Below, piece by piece: positions 19,252-29,366 of a stretch of 64,000 nucleotides of DNA. The stretch is from an uncultured Nitrospiraceae bacterium (lineage in GTDB: Bacteria; Nitrospirota; Nitrospiria; Nitrospirales; Nitrospiraceae). The notes below the pieces were generated by a model. The model saw nothing but the letters and a program-made list of their open reading frames with translations. It was not told the DNA's origin and searched no databases. Location of the stretch: NCBI GenBank assembly GCA_963846575.1, contig CAWJWJ010000002.1, positions 1,664,001 to 1,728,000 on the forward strand, given 5' to 3'. The first letter of the stretch is position 1; every line of letters begins with the position of its first letter. The translations under genes and the position numbers were made by a program.

Positions 19252-20349
19252 ATGGCGCTTCCACTATCACAACCCAGCACCGGAATAGCCCCGGTTCGAG
19301 TATTAGTCGTGGACGACTCCGCTTTCATGCGGAAGAGCCTGACGAACATGCTCGAAGAAAGCAAGCAGATCCAGGTGATCGGCGTCGCCCGAAACGGGGA
19401 GGAAGCGGTCCAGCAGGTGCAGCAGCTGAAGCCCGATGTCGTCACGATGGATGTGGAAATGCCCGGCATGACGGGTCTTCAGGCCCTGCAGCACATCATG
19501 GCGAAACATCCGGTCCCGATTATTATGGTCAGCTCGATCACTGTCGAGGGCGCTCAGGAAACCCTGCAAGCATTGGAATGGGGGGCGGTGGATTTCGTCC
19601 CCAAGCAATTGGACGGTGTCGCCTCGAAGATCGCTGAAATTCAAAAACAACTCGTCTCCAAAGTGCTCGCTGCCAGACATGCCGGCTCCAAGTTGAGAAC
19701 CATGCCGATGATCGGCCAGGCCAAGCCTGCGGCCCTCCCGTGTAAAACGCTAAGCAGCTTCTCAGTCAGCGTCACCCGCGGAACCAAATTAATCGCGATC
19801 GGCTGCTCGACAGGAGGACCGCAAGCCCTGTTCGAAATCATGCCGACGATACCCGGGGATTGTCCGGCCGGCATCGTGATTGTCCAACACATGCCGAAAT
19901 CGTTTACCAAGCCGTTCGCCGAACGCCTGAACAATCTCTGTGCGCTGGATGTGCGCGAGGCCGTCGACGGAGACGAAATCAAACCAGGTCGCATACTCGT
20001 CGCACCCGGTGGCATGCAATTCCGGGTGGTGAAGAGAACCATCACCAGCTCGGTGGTGAAACTGGCTCCCAACGTCGAAAACCATCCTCATGCCCCCTCC
20101 GCCGACATCATGCTCCAATCCGTGGCAGCGCTGTATGGCGAACGCAGCATCGGCGTGATTTTAACGGGGATGGGACATGACGGATTGGAAGGGATGAAAG
20201 CGATCAAGGCAGCCAAGGGTCGGACAATAGCGCAGGACGAAGCGTCGAGCGTCGTGTACGGCATGCCGAAAGCCGTCGCGGAAGCCGGGTGTGCGGACAA
20301 AGTGGTTTCCCTATCCAAAGTGGTGGGCGAAATCATGAATATGGTGTGA
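19252..20349 (+). CDS. cheB: Chemotaxis methylesterase
   Basis: Receiver plus GCSTGGP, QHMP, LTGMGHDG. Confidence 0.97.
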   Translation: MALPLSQPSTGIAPVRVLVVDDSAFMRKSLTNMLEESKQIQVIGVARNGEEAVQQVQQLKPDVVTMDVEMPGMTGLQALQHIMAKHPVPIIMVSSITVEGAQETLQALEWGAVDFVPKQLDGVASKIAEIQKQLVSKVLAARHAGSKLRTMPMIGQAKPAALPCKTLSSFSVSVTRGTKLIAIGCSTGGPQALFEIMPTIPGDCPAGIVIVQHMPKSFTKPFAERLNNLCALDVREAVDGDEIKPGRILVAPGGMQFRVVKRTITSSVVKLAPNVENHPHAPSADIMLQSVAALYGERSIGVILTGMGHDGLEGMKAIKAAKGRTIAQDEASSVVYGMPKAVAEAGCADKVVSLSKVVGEIMNMV

Positions 20350-20397
20350 CAGGGACCGTCATCTCAATCGTTCACAACGGAGAGGGTAGGAGGCGTT

Positions 20398-22083
20398 ATG
20401 GGGAGCATGATGAAGAATATGACGATCGGGCCTAAATTTATCGTGTCGATTACCGCAACGGCGCTCATGGTTATGGTCCTGGGGCTGGTGATCCTGTATC
20501 AGCAGGAAGAAAGTAAAATGGACACTTTGCTCGGTACGCGAGCCAACGTGATCAGCACCCAGATCATGATCGGCCGGGCTTATATCACCCAGAACTACGT
20601 CGCCAAGATTAAGAAATCAAAAAGCGGCGCAGATATTCAGGTTATGAAAGACCATATCGGGGTTCCGGATGCCATTCCCTTCCCCGCCACGGCGGTCCGC
20701 GAAATGGGTGAAGAAGCCTCGCGAACAGGCCTCTATAACGCCCGTTTGGTCAGCCAGAATCCTATGAATGTGGCTAACACGCCCAAAGACAACTTCGAGA
20801 ACGAAGCAATCAGGGCCATCATGGCCGGAGCGGATCACTATTCGCGCCGCGATGACGTGAACGGAGTTCAAACGTTCCGCCGTGCCGTTGCGGATAAGGC
20901 CTCGTCTGCCGCCTGTCTGGGCTGCCACACCAACAATCAGGTCGGCGACACCTTGGGCATGTTAAGCCTCTCCATGCCGATGACCGAAGCCGTGGCCCTC
21001 TCTAATCGCTCCATGTGGCAGACCGGTGGCCTGATGGCGACCATGGTCGTGATCATCATGGTGGTCACGTACTTCCTGCTTCGCAACATCGTGCTGAAGC
21101 CATTGGCCAAAATGAGCGACATCTCCAAAGACATTGCGAAGGGCGAGGGCGACCTCACCAAGCGGGTGCCTGCCGATGGCAACGACGAACTTGCCCACAT
21201 GGGCGGTTACTTCAACGAGTTCATCGAGAAGCTGCAGCAGATGATCAAGAAAGTGGCGCACGTCACGGACAAAGTGGCATCGGCTTCGGTGGAATTATCC
21301 GCGACCGCCGAGGAAATTTCGAAAGGCACGGACACGTTGACCTCGCGTGCCTCACAGACCGCAGCCGCGGTGGAAGAAATGAACGCCACCGTCGGTCAGG
21401 TGGCTCAGAACTCCGGCAAGGCTGCCAGCCTGGCGCAGGATACCGTCAAGACCGCTCAAGAGGGCGGGACGGTGGTGTCCAGCACCATCTCCGGAATGCA
21501 ACAGCTGTCCGAGGCCGTATCGAATTCAGCAACAATCATTTCCGACCTGGGCAAGTCGTCGGACCAAATCGGCGAGATCGTACGAACGATCGAAGATATC
21601 GCCGATCAGACGAACTTGCTGGCCCTCAATGCCGCGATCGAAGCCGCCCGCGCCGGTGAGCAGGGACGAGGCTTCGCGGTCGTGGCCGATGAAGTCCGCA
21701 AACTCGCAGAACGGACGACCAAAGCCACGAAGGAAATCGGCGACATGATCCGTCAAATCCAGCAGGATACGCGGGGCGCCGTCGAGTCCATGCAGCAAGG
21801 GACGCAGAAGGTCACAGCCGGCGTCGATCTGGTCAATAAAACCGGGGAAGCCCTGTCACAGATCGTGCGCATGGTCTCGGAAAGCGCGGACATGATCCGG
21901 CAGATTGCCGTCGCCTCGGAGGAGCAGTCGGTGGCGACCCAGCAGATCGCCAGTGACATCGAGAACGTGGCGAAGGTAACGAAAGAGTCTTCGTCGGGAG
22001 CACATGAGTCCGCGAAGGCCAGTCAGGATTTGAGCCAGCTGGCGGTCGAGTTGCAGGGCATCGTGGGTGGATTCAAGATCTAA
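20398..22083 (+). CDS. Methyl-accepting chemotaxis protein with a periplasmic c-heme (DUF3365/Tll0287-like) sensor domain
   Basis: Two TM segments, CLGCH at 20914-20928, [41 protein letters not shown]. Confidence 0.93.
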   Translation: MGSMMKNMTIGPKFIVSITATALMVMVLGLVILYQQEESKMDTLLGTRANVISTQIMIGRAYITQNYVAKIKKSKSGADIQVMKDHIGVPDAIPFPATAVREMGEEASRTGLYNARLVSQNPMNVANTPKDNFENEAIRAIMAGADHYSRRDDVNGVQTFRRAVADKASSAACLGCHTNNQVGDTLGMLSLSMPMTEAVALSNRSMWQTGGLMATMVVIIMVVTYFLLRNIVLKPLAKMSDISKDIAKGEGDLTKRVPADGNDELAHMGGYFNEFIEKLQQMIKKVAHVTDKVASASVELSATAEEISKGTDTLTSRASQTAAAVEEMNATVGQVAQNSGKAASLAQDTVKTAQEGGTVVSSTISGMQQLSEAVSNSATIISDLGKSSDQIGEIVRTIEDIADQTNLLALNAAIEAARAGEQGRGFAVVADEVRKLAERTTKATKEIGDMIRQIQQDTRGAVESMQQGTQKVTAGVDLVNKTGEALSQIVRMVSESADMIRQIAVASEEQSVATQQIASDIENVAKVTKESSSGAHESAKASQDLSQLAVELQGIVGGFKI

Positions 22084-22111
22084 TCGGCCAACCACGAGAA
22101 GGAGCCGCAGC

Positions 22112-22630
22112 ATGAGTGCCACGGAACAAATAGCAAAAGCCCAGTACCAGGCGGCCGCAGACAGTTCTGCGGACCGCCTGGATGAAAAGGCGGGTGACGA
22201 TCTCCTGCAGTTCGTCATCTGCCTCATCGGCAGTGAAGAGTTCGCAGTGGACGTCCTGAGTGTTCAGGAAATCAACAGGATCGTGGAGGTCACGCGAGTG
22301 CCGAAGACGCCGCCTTACGTGGAAGGCGTCATCAACTTGCGAGGCCGCATCATCCCGGTCTTGGATCTTCGAAAATTATTCGGCCTGACCGGCGCGAAGC
22401 AGACCACCAACACGCGAATCGTCGTGGTATCTGTGCAGGCACGCCTGGTGGGGTTGATCGTAGATTCGGTTGAGGAAGTCTTACGGGTGCCCAGAAGCGC
22501 CATTGAGCCTCCGCCGTCGGTCGGTACCATGGCCGGCGCGGAGTTCACCCAGGGCGTGGGGCGCATTGATGACCGGCTTCTGATTCTAGTGGATTTGAGC
22601 CGCCTTCTCCTGGCCAGAGAAGCGGCCTAG
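22112..22630 (+). CDS. cheW: Chemotaxis coupling protein
   Basis: VQEI...VEGVINLRGRIIPVLDL; AAGGAG RBS. Confidence 0.95.
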   Translation: MSATEQIAKAQYQAAADSSADRLDEKAGDDLLQFVICLIGSEEFAVDVLSVQEINRIVEVTRVPKTPPYVEGVINLRGRIIPVLDLRKLFGLTGAKQTTNTRIVVVSVQARLVGLIVDSVEEVLRVPRSAIEPPPSVGTMAGAEFTQGVGRIDDRLLILVDLSRLLLAREAA

Positions 22631-22735
22631 TGACCAAGCGCTCAGCCAGCCAGAAATGAGCATGTGCGACAGTGCGAACGACCAGCGGTGGCAGGCGGGG
22701 GCGACAAACTCAAACCTTCCTGGCCGGATCGGCGC

Positions 22736-22764
22736 GGGCGGTGACGGACACCCTGTCACCGCCC
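22736..22764. terminator. 10-bp hairpin between convergent genes
   Basis: GGGCGGTGAC-N9-GTCACCGCCC; no U-tract. Confidence 0.45.
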
Positions 22765-22770
22765 TGCACC

Positions 22771-23013
22771 TTAGGAACTCTGAGTGTCAGAAGGATGGGA
22801 CGGGGAGGAGCCGCGACGGTTCCGCGCATCAAGGACCCGTTCAAGCAGTTGTAGCGATTCCGTCAGGACATCCGAGGCGCAGCTCAGGGTGACATGAAAC
22901 TGTTGCATGGCTTCCGGCCATCGACCTTCCTCCTGCAGGACCTGAAATTTCCGATGCTGCTCATCGAGAATGGCCTGTTTGGCATCAAGCATCAAGCTAT
23001 CGGCAGGACCCAC
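22771..23013 (-). CDS. Small helical hypothetical protein
   Basis: GGAGG RBS before GTG 23013; amphipathic helical sequence filling the cheW-motA gap. Confidence 0.55.
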   Translation of the reverse strand: MGPADSLMLDAKQAILDEQHRKFQVLQEEGRWPEAMQQFHVTLSCASDVLTESLQLLERVLDARNRRGSSPSHPSDTQSS

Positions 23014-23142
23014 AAGAGCACCTCCATGTACACGATTGTGACTTCGGCGCACGCTACCAGAGCAAATCCGGGCGGCGCAAGCCCACCATTCTGGGTAGGT
23101 ATGAGCCAGGTCTATCGCGAGTGGGGCTAGGGACATCGAACC

Positions 23143-23913
23143 GTGGATATCGCCACTATACTAGGCGTCGTCATTGCCATCGGATCCATTCTCGGGGGTC
23201 AGGCCCTCGAGGGCGGACATATCGGATCGGTACTTCAATTGACGGCGTTCATCATCGTGATGGGGGGAACCATCGGAGCCTGCTGCGTGCAAAATCCCCT
23301 CTCCGTCGTGATCAAAGCCCTAACTTCCGTCACGCTCGTCCTGACCAATGCTTCTCACGACGTCAAAGGCACGATCACCCAGATCCTCGATCTTGCCAAT
23401 GTCTCGCGCAAGCAGGGATTGCTCGCCCTCGAAGGAAAGCTGAAGGAGCTGCACGACCCTTTCTTTCAGAAGGGCGTGCAATTGATCGTGGACGGCACCG
23501 ACCCGAAACTTCTGCAGGAAATTTTGGAAATAGAAGTCGAGCACCATGAGGAAGAGGGTATGCACGCGGCAAAGGTCTGGGAAGCCGCGGGCGGATATGC
23601 GCCGACCGTGGGAATCCTGGGCGCGGTGCTTGGCTTGATCCACGTGATGGAGAATCTCGCCGACCCGTCCAAACTCGGAAGCGGCATCGCCGTGGCGTTT
23701 GTCGCAACCGTCTATGGCGTCGGAGCCGCCAATCTGTTTTTCCTGCCGATCGCGAACAAGATGAAGTTTAAGCTGAAGGAAGAGGCGGGTTTACGGACCA
23801 TGGTAATTCTTGGACTCGTGGGGCTGGCGCAGGGAGAGAACCCCAGACTGCTGCAGGAGAAGCTGGAAAGTTATCTCCCTTACAACGAGCGGACCAAAGA
23901 GGACAAGAAATGA
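23143..23913 (+). CDS. motA: Flagellar stator protein A
   Basis: GYAPTVGILGAVLGLI and AFVATVYGV. Confidence 0.95.
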   Translation: MDIATILGVVIAIGSILGGQALEGGHIGSVLQLTAFIIVMGGTIGACCVQNPLSVVIKALTSVTLVLTNASHDVKGTITQILDLANVSRKQGLLALEGKLKELHDPFFQKGVQLIVDGTDPKLLQEILEIEVEHHEEEGMHAAKVWEAAGGYAPTVGILGAVLGLIHVMENLADPSKLGSGIAVAFVATVYGVGAANLFFLPIANKMKFKLKEEAGLRTMVILGLVGLAQGENPRLLQEKLESYLPYNERTKEDKK

Positions 23914-23988
23914 CCGGCAGCGCATGACGTCTCAGCAGCGTGGAGCGCAGCGCCTGCCTATCCCTCCGCGGATTACCACGGTGTCCTG

Positions 23989-24768
23989 ATGGCCAAGAAA
24001 AAGCACGAAGAACACGAAAACCATGAACGCTGGCTGGTCTCCTATGCTGATTTCATCACCCTGCTGTTTGCCTTTTTCGTCGTGATGTATTCGGTGTCGT
24101 CGGTCAATGAGGGTAAATATCGAACGGTGAGCGAATCCATCAAGACTGCGCTGAACCCCGTCAACAGTATTCCCTCCAGCCGCCTCCCGTTCACCATCGG
24201 CGACGCCAAGCCGAAAATGATCCAGTCCGAAGCCGTGGTCGCGAACGATCCCGTAATCCGGCGCATGCGCGAAGTCATGACCAGAATCAATCCCGATCTC
24301 AAAGCGGACATATCGGAGGTTAAGATCGTGGAGAACGGGCATGGCACGATCATGATTTCGCTGCCTGAATCCATTCTTTTTCACAGCGGTGAAGCTCGCG
24401 TCCGACCGGAAGCGTTGCCGTTTCTCAAAGCTTTGTCCGAGATTCTGATCGAAATGGACCGTCAGGTCAGAATTCTTGGGCATACGGACAACGTACCGAT
24501 CCGGACAGCGCAATTTCCGTCGAACTGGGAGCTATCGGCCGGACGGGCCGTCATGGTCGTGAGAATCTTTGCCGAACTCTACGGGGTGCCGCTGACCCAT
24601 CTCTCGGCCACCGGCCTGGCCGACGCCAAGCCCCTTGCGAGCAACGAGACGCCGGAAGGGCGGAGCAAGAACCGGAGAGTGGAGATCGTCATTCTCGAGA
24701 AAACCGCCGATGAGGATACGCTGGATTCGATACTTCCCCACGTCGGACCGGCAGGACGCCCTTCCTAG
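23989..24768 (+). CDS. motB: Flagellar stator protein B
   Basis: WLVSYADFITLL, GHTD, NWELSAGRA, NRRVEI. Confidence 0.95.
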   Translation: MAKKKHEEHENHERWLVSYADFITLLFAFFVVMYSVSSVNEGKYRTVSESIKTALNPVNSIPSSRLPFTIGDAKPKMIQSEAVVANDPVIRRMREVMTRINPDLKADISEVKIVENGHGTIMISLPESILFHSGEARVRPEALPFLKALSEILIEMDRQVRILGHTDNVPIRTAQFPSNWELSAGRAVMVVRIFAELYGVPLTHLSATGLADAKPLASNETPEGRSKNRRVEIVILEKTADEDTLDSILPHVGPAGRPS

Positions 24769-24958
24769 CAAGACGGAGCAGGACCCGTACTTCGCCTGGC
24801 ATGTCATCCGCGGTGTTATCCGAGACCCATACAGTGCGAACAGTTTGTCTCCACGCGCTCTGCTCTCAGTCTCGCCACTTCGCCACAGACCACTCGAGCG
24901 ACATGCCCTTTAGATCTCTCGTACCGGGAGTCCTAGTTCTCTGCGTTCTCGAGCCGGC

Positions 24959-24986
24959 TCAAGTAGCAACGCGCGCCAACCGATAC
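24959..24986 (+). promoter_or_regulatory. sigma28 promoter before the DUF420 gene
   Basis: TCAAG-N15-ACCGATAC. Confidence 0.75.
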
Positions 24987-25061
24987 TGTCCTGGGTGAAT
25001 GCATAGGTCCCCGGACCGGAGCAACCGCGTTGTAGATGTCATGGCGGCTCGGAGAGAGGAC

Positions 25062-25523
25062 ATGGACCTCAAAAGCATCCTTTGGTACCTCGTACTCTCC
25101 AGCGTGACGGTCGCTTATCTTTTCGTCCTGGGAGGACTCAAAGCGGCCAAGTCTCATGATGTGCCACATCATTCGAGCCGGATGATCATCAGCTGCACCA
25201 TCGTGGGGATTTGGCTGGTCGCCTATGTTCTGAAGCAGGTTCTTTTCGGACGCGAATCCTTTCATGGCACCGAGCAACAGTATTGGTCACTGTACGTGCC
25301 GGTCTTTGTGACACATATGTCGTTTGCCGTGGTCACGATCGCTCTGGGCAGCTACAACTTGTATATGGGGGTCCATCGTCTGCGATTCGGCAGTGTGGGG
25401 GCGATGGTGGCGGGCATGACTACCCATCGTCGTTTAGGGCATGCGTTGCTATGGACGTTCAGCGGAACCATGGTCACGGCCTATCTTGTCTATCTCATGC
25501 TCTTTGTCTGGTTCAAAGGCTAA
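25062..25523 (+). CDS. DUF420 family membrane protein
   Basis: Four TM segments with conserved-looking His residues (HxxxM, THM, HRRLG); GAGGA RBS. Confidence 0.75.
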   Translation: MDLKSILWYLVLSSVTVAYLFVLGGLKAAKSHDVPHHSSRMIISCTIVGIWLVAYVLKQVLFGRESFHGTEQQYWSLYVPVFVTHMSFAVVTIALGSYNLYMGVHRLRFGSVGAMVAGMTTHRRLGHALLWTFSGTMVTAYLVYLMLFVWFKG

Positions 25524-25740
25524 CTCGTGCGGACGTCGCCCATTCAAAAGCCTGCGTTGGAACGCGAGATGAATTATCCGGCACCGAGCCGCCGGTGCGT
25601 GGAACAGAAACCGGGAACGACAATGGGCCATCACACGCAGGGCCCAGAACACCGCTCCATCATGAGCGGCATGGTTCCGGGCAGTGCGAATCAGTTCTCC
25701 AATGTGAAACGGTAACCAAGCAGAACAAAAGGAGTCTCCC

Positions 25741-26079
25741 ATGACCATTACAGAAGAGATCGACAATCGTACAGCGACCTTGAAGTTAGAGGGCAGCTTT
25801 ACCTACACGCAACGCAAGCTGTTCCAGGAAACGCTCAAGAATCTGGGTCCCAAGGATGTCGAACATGTGGTCGTCGACCTGGCGCAAGTGGCCTTCCTGG
25901 ACAGTGCTGCATTGGGGTTATTGATGATCACACATCGTCAATTGGTGGCCGACAACCGCCGGCTCTCTCTGGCCCATCCCCAGACGACGGTTAGACAGAT
26001 CATCGAATTGGCAAATCTGCACAAGACGATTCCGCTCATTGAAGCAGGTGCCGCACCCTTAGCTAAGAAAACCGCCTGA
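25741..26079 (+). CDS. STAS anti-sigma-factor antagonist
   Basis: VVVDLAQVAFLDSAALGLL. Confidence 0.92.
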   Translation: MTITEEIDNRTATLKLEGSFTYTQRKLFQETLKNLGPKDVEHVVVDLAQVAFLDSAALGLLMITHRQLVADNRRLSLAHPQTTVRQIIELANLHKTIPLIEAGAAPLAKKTA

Positions 26080-26112
26080 ACACAACCGCGCGGAGCAAAG
26101 AAGGACTCGTGC

Positions 26113-26463
26113 ATGCATATCACTGAGCGCCGGGTCGGCCATGCCACCATTCTGGATCTGGCGGGTGAGCTAACCTATGTCAACCGCGGCGCATTCAAGG
26201 CAGCGACCGAACGCACGAGGCTGGCCGGCTGTCGTCATCTAATATTGAACATGGCGGCCGTCCAGTTCCTCGACAGCTCGGCTCTCGGCATGCTGGCGAT
26301 CCTGGCGCAGAGCCTGAAGGCATGCCAAGGCGTCGTCTGCCTGGTAAATCCGCAAAGCTACGTCAGAGAAATCATCACTCTTGCGAACCTCCACCGCATG
26401 TTGCCGGTGTACGACAAGGAACAGGATGCGCTCGCAGGGGAACAGTACCCGGCGATCGGGTGA
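26113..26463 (+). CDS. STAS anti-sigma-factor antagonist (second copy)
   Basis: LILNMAAVQFLDSSALGML. Confidence 0.92.
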   Translation: MHITERRVGHATILDLAGELTYVNRGAFKAATERTRLAGCRHLILNMAAVQFLDSSALGMLAILAQSLKACQGVVCLVNPQSYVREIITLANLHRMLPVYDKEQDALAGEQYPAIG

Positions 26464-27749
26464 CGACGGGATCTGGAGCCCGAGCCGTGACCTATCACAT
26501 ACGACAGAGACAGCAGGCTGCTGCAGCCAGAGCGGGTAAACCCGCACCGGTCATTCTCCTGGTCGACGATGACGATCTGACCCGGACCAGCCTGGCCGGA
26601 CGCCTGAAACGGCTGGGGTATCGTGTCATCGAAGCGGCCGACGGAGACGCAGGCCTCGTAGCCACACGGAACCACCGTCCTGACCTCATCATCCTCGATT
26701 GGATCATGCCCGGACTGGATGGTCCAAGCGTCTGTGAAGCCATCCGTGCGGACGCAGACTTGAAGTCGAGCCATGTCGTCTTGATGACGGCACACGACCG
26801 GCCCGATCAAATCGCGGAGGGGCTGTCGCGCGGAGCCGATGATTTCCTAAGTAAAGCGGCGAGCACGCAGGAAGTCCTCGCGCGGGTACAAGCCAGTCTC
26901 CGGTCCAGCGCGCTCGTTCGCGAGATCGAACGCACCCGCGACGATCTCGACGCCTCCAACCGGTTACTGTCCGCCAAACAACAAGAACTGGAAAGCGAGC
27001 TGCAGTCCGCGGCCGAGTTCGTCAAATCACAACTCCCGCAGCCCGGCCTGGCGGCGCCGGGACTCGCCATGCAGTGGGCCTATCAGCCCTCCTTGGCACT
27101 GGGGGGCGACTTGTTTCACGTCAGTCAATGGGGCATGGATACCCTGGGACTGTACATTCTCGACGCCTCGGGCCATGGGGTCGCCGCCGCGCTGCGCGCC
27201 ATCGCATTGATGAGCTTTCTGCGCGAAGATAATCTGGCGAAAGCCGTCGGAAGCTATGATCCGGGCGCCATTGTCAGCGAAGCCAATCGGCGCTTCCCCT
27301 TGACGCAGGAGGGGGAGTACTTCACCCTCTGGGTCGGACGCCTGCACCTCCCGTCGCGAACCCTCTTCTATGCGTCAGCCGGCCACGGCGGAGCCTTCGT
27401 GCACTCGACCGGCAGAGCCTCCCAATGGTTGTCGCAGCCAAGTCTCCCGTTGGGATTCGATACCGGGATCGCCTTCGAAACCGCTTGTACCTCCCTGCAT
27501 GTACGCGATCGCTTGTACCTATTCAGCGACGGCATCTATGAAGTTCCCTCGGCGACCGGAGAACTCTGGGGCCGGGACCGTCTACAAGACACGCTGGAAA
27601 CGCGCCGCGACATTGAGTTAGAGCAGTGCATGAGCCAGACGATGGCCACCGCACAGCAGTGGCTGGGAGGCAACATTTTTCCGGACGACGTGGCGCTGGT
27701 CGGATTGGAAGTACTCGAGGATTCAGGTGCCATTGGGATGGAGCCTTGA
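26460..27749 (+). CDS. Receiver + PP2C/SpoIIE serine phosphatase (RsbU/HsbR-like)
   Basis: LVDDD...LDWIMP receiver; GGD, DASGHG, SDG, DD PP2C motifs; start approximate. Confidence 0.92.
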   Translation: MTTGSGARAVTYHIRQRQQAAAARAGKPAPVILLVDDDDLTRTSLAGRLKRLGYRVIEAADGDAGLVATRNHRPDLIILDWIMPGLDGPSVCEAIRADADLKSSHVVLMTAHDRPDQIAEGLSRGADDFLSKAASTQEVLARVQASLRSSALVREIERTRDDLDASNRLLSAKQQELESELQSAAEFVKSQLPQPGLAAPGLAMQWAYQPSLALGGDLFHVSQWGMDTLGLYILDASGHGVAAALRAIALMSFLREDNLAKAVGSYDPGAIVSEANRRFPLTQEGEYFTLWVGRLHLPSRTLFYASAGHGGAFVHSTGRASQWLSQPSLPLGFDTGIAFETACTSLHVRDRLYLFSDGIYEVPSATGELWGRDRLQDTLETRRDIELEQCMSQTMATAQQWLGGNIFPDDVALVGLEVLEDSGAIGMEP

Positions 27750-28108
27750 TGGAAAATCAGCCGGTCATGAACCTCTCAGCGGCCCTCGAGCGATTCGACG
27801 GCGATCACGAGCTGTTTCTCACCCTGGCGGGGATGTTCATCGAGCGGGCCACCCAGACCATCACCGCCATTCAGGCAGCCCTGTCCACTCAGGACCTCGC
27901 GCTCCTCGCCAAGGAAGCGCACAAGCTGAAAGGCTCGGCCATGGAGTTTTGTGCGCATGCGGCAGTGACCACCGCGGCTCAGCTCGAAGCCAGCGCTCGA
28001 GAGGGTGCCGTTCAGGAAATGGTCGAGCTCGGTGAACGGATGCAGGTGGAAACAAGACGGTTGGCCGACGAATTACAGGCGATCATGGAAAGAGGATTTC
28101 CCTCATGA
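27749..28108 (+). CDS. Stand-alone Hpt phosphotransfer protein
   Basis: AHKLKGSA motif; TGATG coupling. Confidence 0.92.
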   Translation: MENQPVMNLSAALERFDGDHELFLTLAGMFIERATQTITAIQAALSTQDLALLAKEAHKLKGSAMEFCAHAAVTTAAQLEASAREGAVQEMVELGERMQVETRRLADELQAIMERGFPS

Positions 28109-29004
28109 TGCGCCCGGGGACATCAAAAACGCTCTTGGTCGTCGGTCCTTGCCTCGAGACCCAGGCGTTGGCGTTCGAGCAGGCCAAACCACGCGGCCTT
28201 TCGGTCATCATGGCGCCCGATCCATCCGGAGCGATGGCAATGTTGGAGATGGCCATCCCCGACGTCGTATTGAGCGACCTCTGCTTTCCGGATCGTACCG
28301 GCATTGCTCTCATCCGTGACATTCGCAGGCGCTTCTCCCATACCGCCCTGATCGCAGTGGCGGAGAAGGGGACCGAGGACACGATGCTCGAGGCGCTGCG
28401 AGCCGGCGCGATCGACTATCTCCACAAACCGGTCATCGGCCTGCAACTGGGCATGGCGCTCGACCGGGCGCTCCAGGTTGTTCCCCAGACCATAGGAGAT
28501 GTACCGGGCATCGAACAAGTGGAGTATCGGCTGGTGATCGGCACCGATCCCGCTAATGTGGAGGCCTGCGTTTCCTGGCTGATCGCCGAAACAGCCAGGG
28601 TGCTCCCCGACATGATGCGGTTGCATCTGCGCGCCACCCTGATTGAACTGATCGTGAACGCCGTCGAGCATGGCAGCCTGGAGATTTTCTACCAGGAAAA
28701 ACACGAGGCCCTGGGCAGCGACCGGTATGAGGCACTCATTGCCCAACGGCGCAGCGATCCGCGTTTCGCCGCACGGCGCGTCACCATCCGGGTCTGCAGT
28801 GACCAGGCGACCCGCCGCACCCGCTATACCATCAGTGATGAAGGCGCGGGCTTCCAATGGAACAGCTTCCTGACACGGTCGGACAAGCCCTGTGACAGCC
28901 GGCACGCCAACGGGCGCGGCGTCTTTCTGGCCAAAGCCTTTTTCCCCGACCTCACCTACAACGAACGGGGAACCGAAGTCACGTTTTCCGTGCCACTCCC
29001 ATAA
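28105..29004 (+). CDS. Receiver-like domain + RsbW/SpoIIAB-type serine kinase
   Basis: ELIVNAVEHG, DEGAGF, GRG boxes; receiver lacks the acidic pair. Confidence 0.85.
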   Translation: MMRPGTSKTLLVVGPCLETQALAFEQAKPRGLSVIMAPDPSGAMAMLEMAIPDVVLSDLCFPDRTGIALIRDIRRRFSHTALIAVAEKGTEDTMLEALRAGAIDYLHKPVIGLQLGMALDRALQVVPQTIGDVPGIEQVEYRLVIGTDPANVEACVSWLIAETARVLPDMMRLHLRATLIELIVNAVEHGSLEIFYQEKHEALGSDRYEALIAQRRSDPRFAARRVTIRVCSDQATRRTRYTISDEGAGFQWNSFLTRSDKPCDSRHANGRGVFLAKAFFPDLTYNERGTEVTFSVPLP

Positions 29005-29109
29005 ACCTTCCGAGCGTCACTCGGCTTCCACTTGACGCGCTTTGCAACCGCGGTTTATCTTGCGATCGCTCATGCACTCCCCATGGCCCACCTCTTCTAT
29101 GAGGCAGCA

Positions 29110-29352
29110 ATGACGCTTCGATCATGCCAGGCGCTCCTCCTTTCGGCGGCTTTCTTTCTGTCAGTCGGGTGCAGCAGTTCCGAATGGATGCACCCCACTC
29201 GGCCTAAAGACCAGTTTACGCTCGACTACAACAAGTGCCAGGCCGATACGTTACGCGACCCCAAACTCCAACAGGGGATTCAACTGCTCATGATTCAGGC
29301 CACCGAACGTTGCGTCCAGAAACTAGGCTGGCGGTTGGTCGAGAAGGAGTAG
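29110..29352 (+). CDS. Small lipoprotein
   Basis: Lipobox LSVG-C; Cys pair; TTGACG-N18-TATCTT upstream. Confidence 0.7.
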   Translation: MTLRSCQALLLSAAFFLSVGCSSSEWMHPTRPKDQFTLDYNKCQADTLRDPKLQQGIQLLMIQATERCVQKLGWRLVEKE

Positions 29353-29366
29353 AGGCGGGGAGACCG

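Noticed and set aside
23055..23130. c-di-GMP-I riboswitch-like words (GCAAA, GCGCAAGCC) upstream of motA
   Set aside because: No GAAA-tetraloop P2 stem or receptor; spacing does not fit
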